Part shown: piece by piece, positions 61,986 through 64,000 of the stretch
Numbering within the stretch: the stretch's first letter is position 1
Layout of the letters: every line of letters begins with the position of its first letter
DNA from: Nemertoderma westbladi
Lineage: Eukaryota > Animalia > Xenacoelomorpha
Assembly (NCBI GenBank): GCA_032718475.1
Contig: JAUCBJ010008853.1
Location: forward strand, 3,098 to 67,097
Direction of reading: 5' to 3'
DNA: 64,000 bases
Made by a program: the position numbers and the translations under genes
The notes under the pieces: model-generated
What the model was told of the DNA's origin: nothing
Database searches by the model: none
Seen by the model: only the letters and a program-made list of their open reading frames with translations

Positions 61986-63814
61986 GCCGGGCTGCCTGCG
62001 CTTGCCGCGTTTATATTAATAGCACCATTACCAGTATTATCTGTTAAATCAATTAAATCCTCCAAATCAATTAAATTATTTTGCACGCCTAAATTAGAAA
62101 CGGGATTATTTTGTTCGTTCGAAATAAGATTATTTGAATTATTTTGCGTAATTATATTATTTGAATTATTTTGTAAATTCAGATTTAGATTATTTGAATT
62201 ATTCCCTACGTTTATATTATGAATGGGTCGGATTTAAATTACTACCATCGGACGAAATGTTATCTCCTGCAATGAAAGTTTGATTAGGGTTATCCACTAC
62301 GGTACTATTAATATTAACGTCCTCTACTGTATTATTATTATTACCCCCCCCCCCCCCCCCCCCCGCCCGCACGGTCACACCAGTCCTGGGTCTGTCGTGC
62401 GGTCCCTGTAAGTGGGGCATTAATAAACGTTTCCCTAACTCCTGGCTCCTCGTAAATACTCGAGCCAGCCTCGCTCTCTGACAGCCCCATCTGCGCCAGT
62501 TCCAGTCTGCGCCTCTGCTTGACTTGATATTGCATAAGCCCCCTCAACCGGGCATGCATATTATCTCGCACACGCTTCCCCGTTGCCTCTCTCTCCCAGT
62601 CCTCCCGCATACTCTGCTCGGCAATTCCGCCTCTCTCGCAACTCTCTCCAGTCGTCTCGCCTCGCGCTCTTTTCGCTCACTCTGCTCTCTCGCCTCACGC
62701 TCTTCACGTCTATTCTGCTCTCTCGCCTCACGCTCTTCTTGCTCCTTCCTTTCTATCCTCCCTATTTCCTCGCACTCCTTAAAACTTCTCGCGACCTTTT
62801 CGGCTCTCTCTCTGTTCTCTCTAGCCAGTTCTTTCTCCTTCTCTATTAACGCACTCTCTTCCTCTAACTGTCTCTCTAATTCTCTCTGGTCTAGCGCCGC
62901 CAGATCGAGCTGGCACGCCAGATCTATTTCCATCACCCGTCTTACTTTCGTGGAGGATGTAGCAGACTTATCGGTCGCGATGGACTCCCTCCGCCTTCCC
63001 GTCCTACTAACTTTCCCCCGCCTCCCGGAATTTTCTCCGACCGACGAGACCGAATCCTCGGGGCTAACCTCGGATTCGCCCTCCTGCGGTCCCCTCCAAC
63101 CCACTAATTTTATTCCCCGGGCATCGACTAAGTATGGCCCTATGTACACTACGCCAGGCTCCATACCCCTACATTCCCATAGTTCAAACAGTTCGCTGGC
63201 AACCCCTCTCGCTCTCTCATCGGCTAGTTCTCCCTGCCCAAAGCGCACTAAGTAATCAAAATGTTTGTTCGACTCACCTAGCCGCTTCTCTAGCTTCACC
63301 TGGTCTATCTTGGCCCCTCCTTTGGCTTCTCTTAGCTGCTTCCGGGTCGCGGCGTAGGCTCGTCGGAGCCGGTCGCTGACCCCGACGTCCTCGTCGCCGA
63401 CGTCTCCTCTATCCCTCCGTGTCCGGCGTCGTACCGGCGGCCCCACCGTCGCCGTTCCGGTGGGCCGTCCGTCGCCCTCGGCCTGTGGCTGGCCGGCGAC
63501 ATCGGCACGTCGACCGCCGCTCGTGTGTCGACTCGTCTCTCCCCTCTCTCGACTCGCTCTCTCGTTGTAGACGGCCCCCCTCCGTTTGGATTGCCGGATC
63601 GCCTATGGTCGACGAATCCGGCGTCGTGGGTCGGTACCGTCGCGTCGCGGCCTCGCGGATCGTTAGGTCGCTGTCCGGGGTCCGCGGCGGTGTCGTCTCT
63701 CCTTCTCGACTCATCTTTTGTCTTTACTTGAGTCGGTGGCTGGCAGTCAGTTCAGGCAATTGATCTTGTCACTACGGATCTTATCACTTAGGGCAGCTGC
63801 TTGGTTCTTATCAC

Positions 63815-64000
63815 TGTGACGGGATCCGAGAATCCCGATTTATCCAGTGGTTATCTTATCTACGCGTCCCCGCCGTGTGTGTGTGAAAAAGAGTTCTGGA
63901 GTTGTTGACTGATCGGTATGTATAAATATAGGGTATAATACAATCGAATAAAGTGTAACACAGTTGATTGATGATAACTAAAGTGTACCGGTAAATAGCT
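63815..64000 (-). repeat. 5' LTR of element 3 (partial)
   Basis: Matches 48862-49048. Confidence 0.95.

Larger units (their letters stand above)
58850..63714 (-). pseudogene. gag: gag of element 3, long disordered N-terminus, frameshifted and interrupted
   Basis: LPPVEPFKFDG..EY..F, CLKYLQ, EYGHP, zinc knuckle CSRCVMSGH; coiled-coil, Asn-rich and poly-Gly segments upstream. Confidence 0.88.
48862..64000 (-). mobile_element. BEL/Pao LTR retrotransposon 3 with an extra exonuclease ORF (runs off the window)
   Basis: LTR at 48862 matches 63815-64000 with about 4 differences; gag-pol motifs; PPT. Predicted TSD AGAAC cannot be checked. Confidence 0.95.

Overview
Eukaryotic (invertebrate-like) repeat-rich genomic DNA, not prokaryotic. 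Three BEL/Pao LTR retrotransposons, all on the minus strand, dominate the window. (1) A young non-autonomous element at 3674-15428 has 1221-bp LTRs, an AACTG target-site duplication and one open Gag-protease ORF from which RT, RNase H and most of integrase are deleted. (2) A decayed element at ~26.0-35.1 kb is interrupted by nested DNA-transposon sequence. (3) An element from 48862 to beyond 64000 has a frameshifted gag-pol, a 46-bp tandem array, an extra ORF encoding a DEDDy-type 3'-5' exonuclease with three zinc knuckles, and an internal second, diverged LTR. The window also holds a 12-finger C2H2 zinc-finger gene (the only clear host gene), a 5'-truncated CRE-clade non-LTR element inserted in a 16-bp satellite, a Penelope-type minimal hammerhead ribozyme beside a perfect 71-bp palindrome, a decayed hAT-like transposase, and many LINE and MITE fragments. 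The most striking observation is that elements 1 and 3 have no TGG tRNA primer-binding site. Instead, the bases next to the 5' LTR are complementary to a block inside their own LTR, which suggests tRNA-independent self-priming. All calls were made by eye; no database searches were run.
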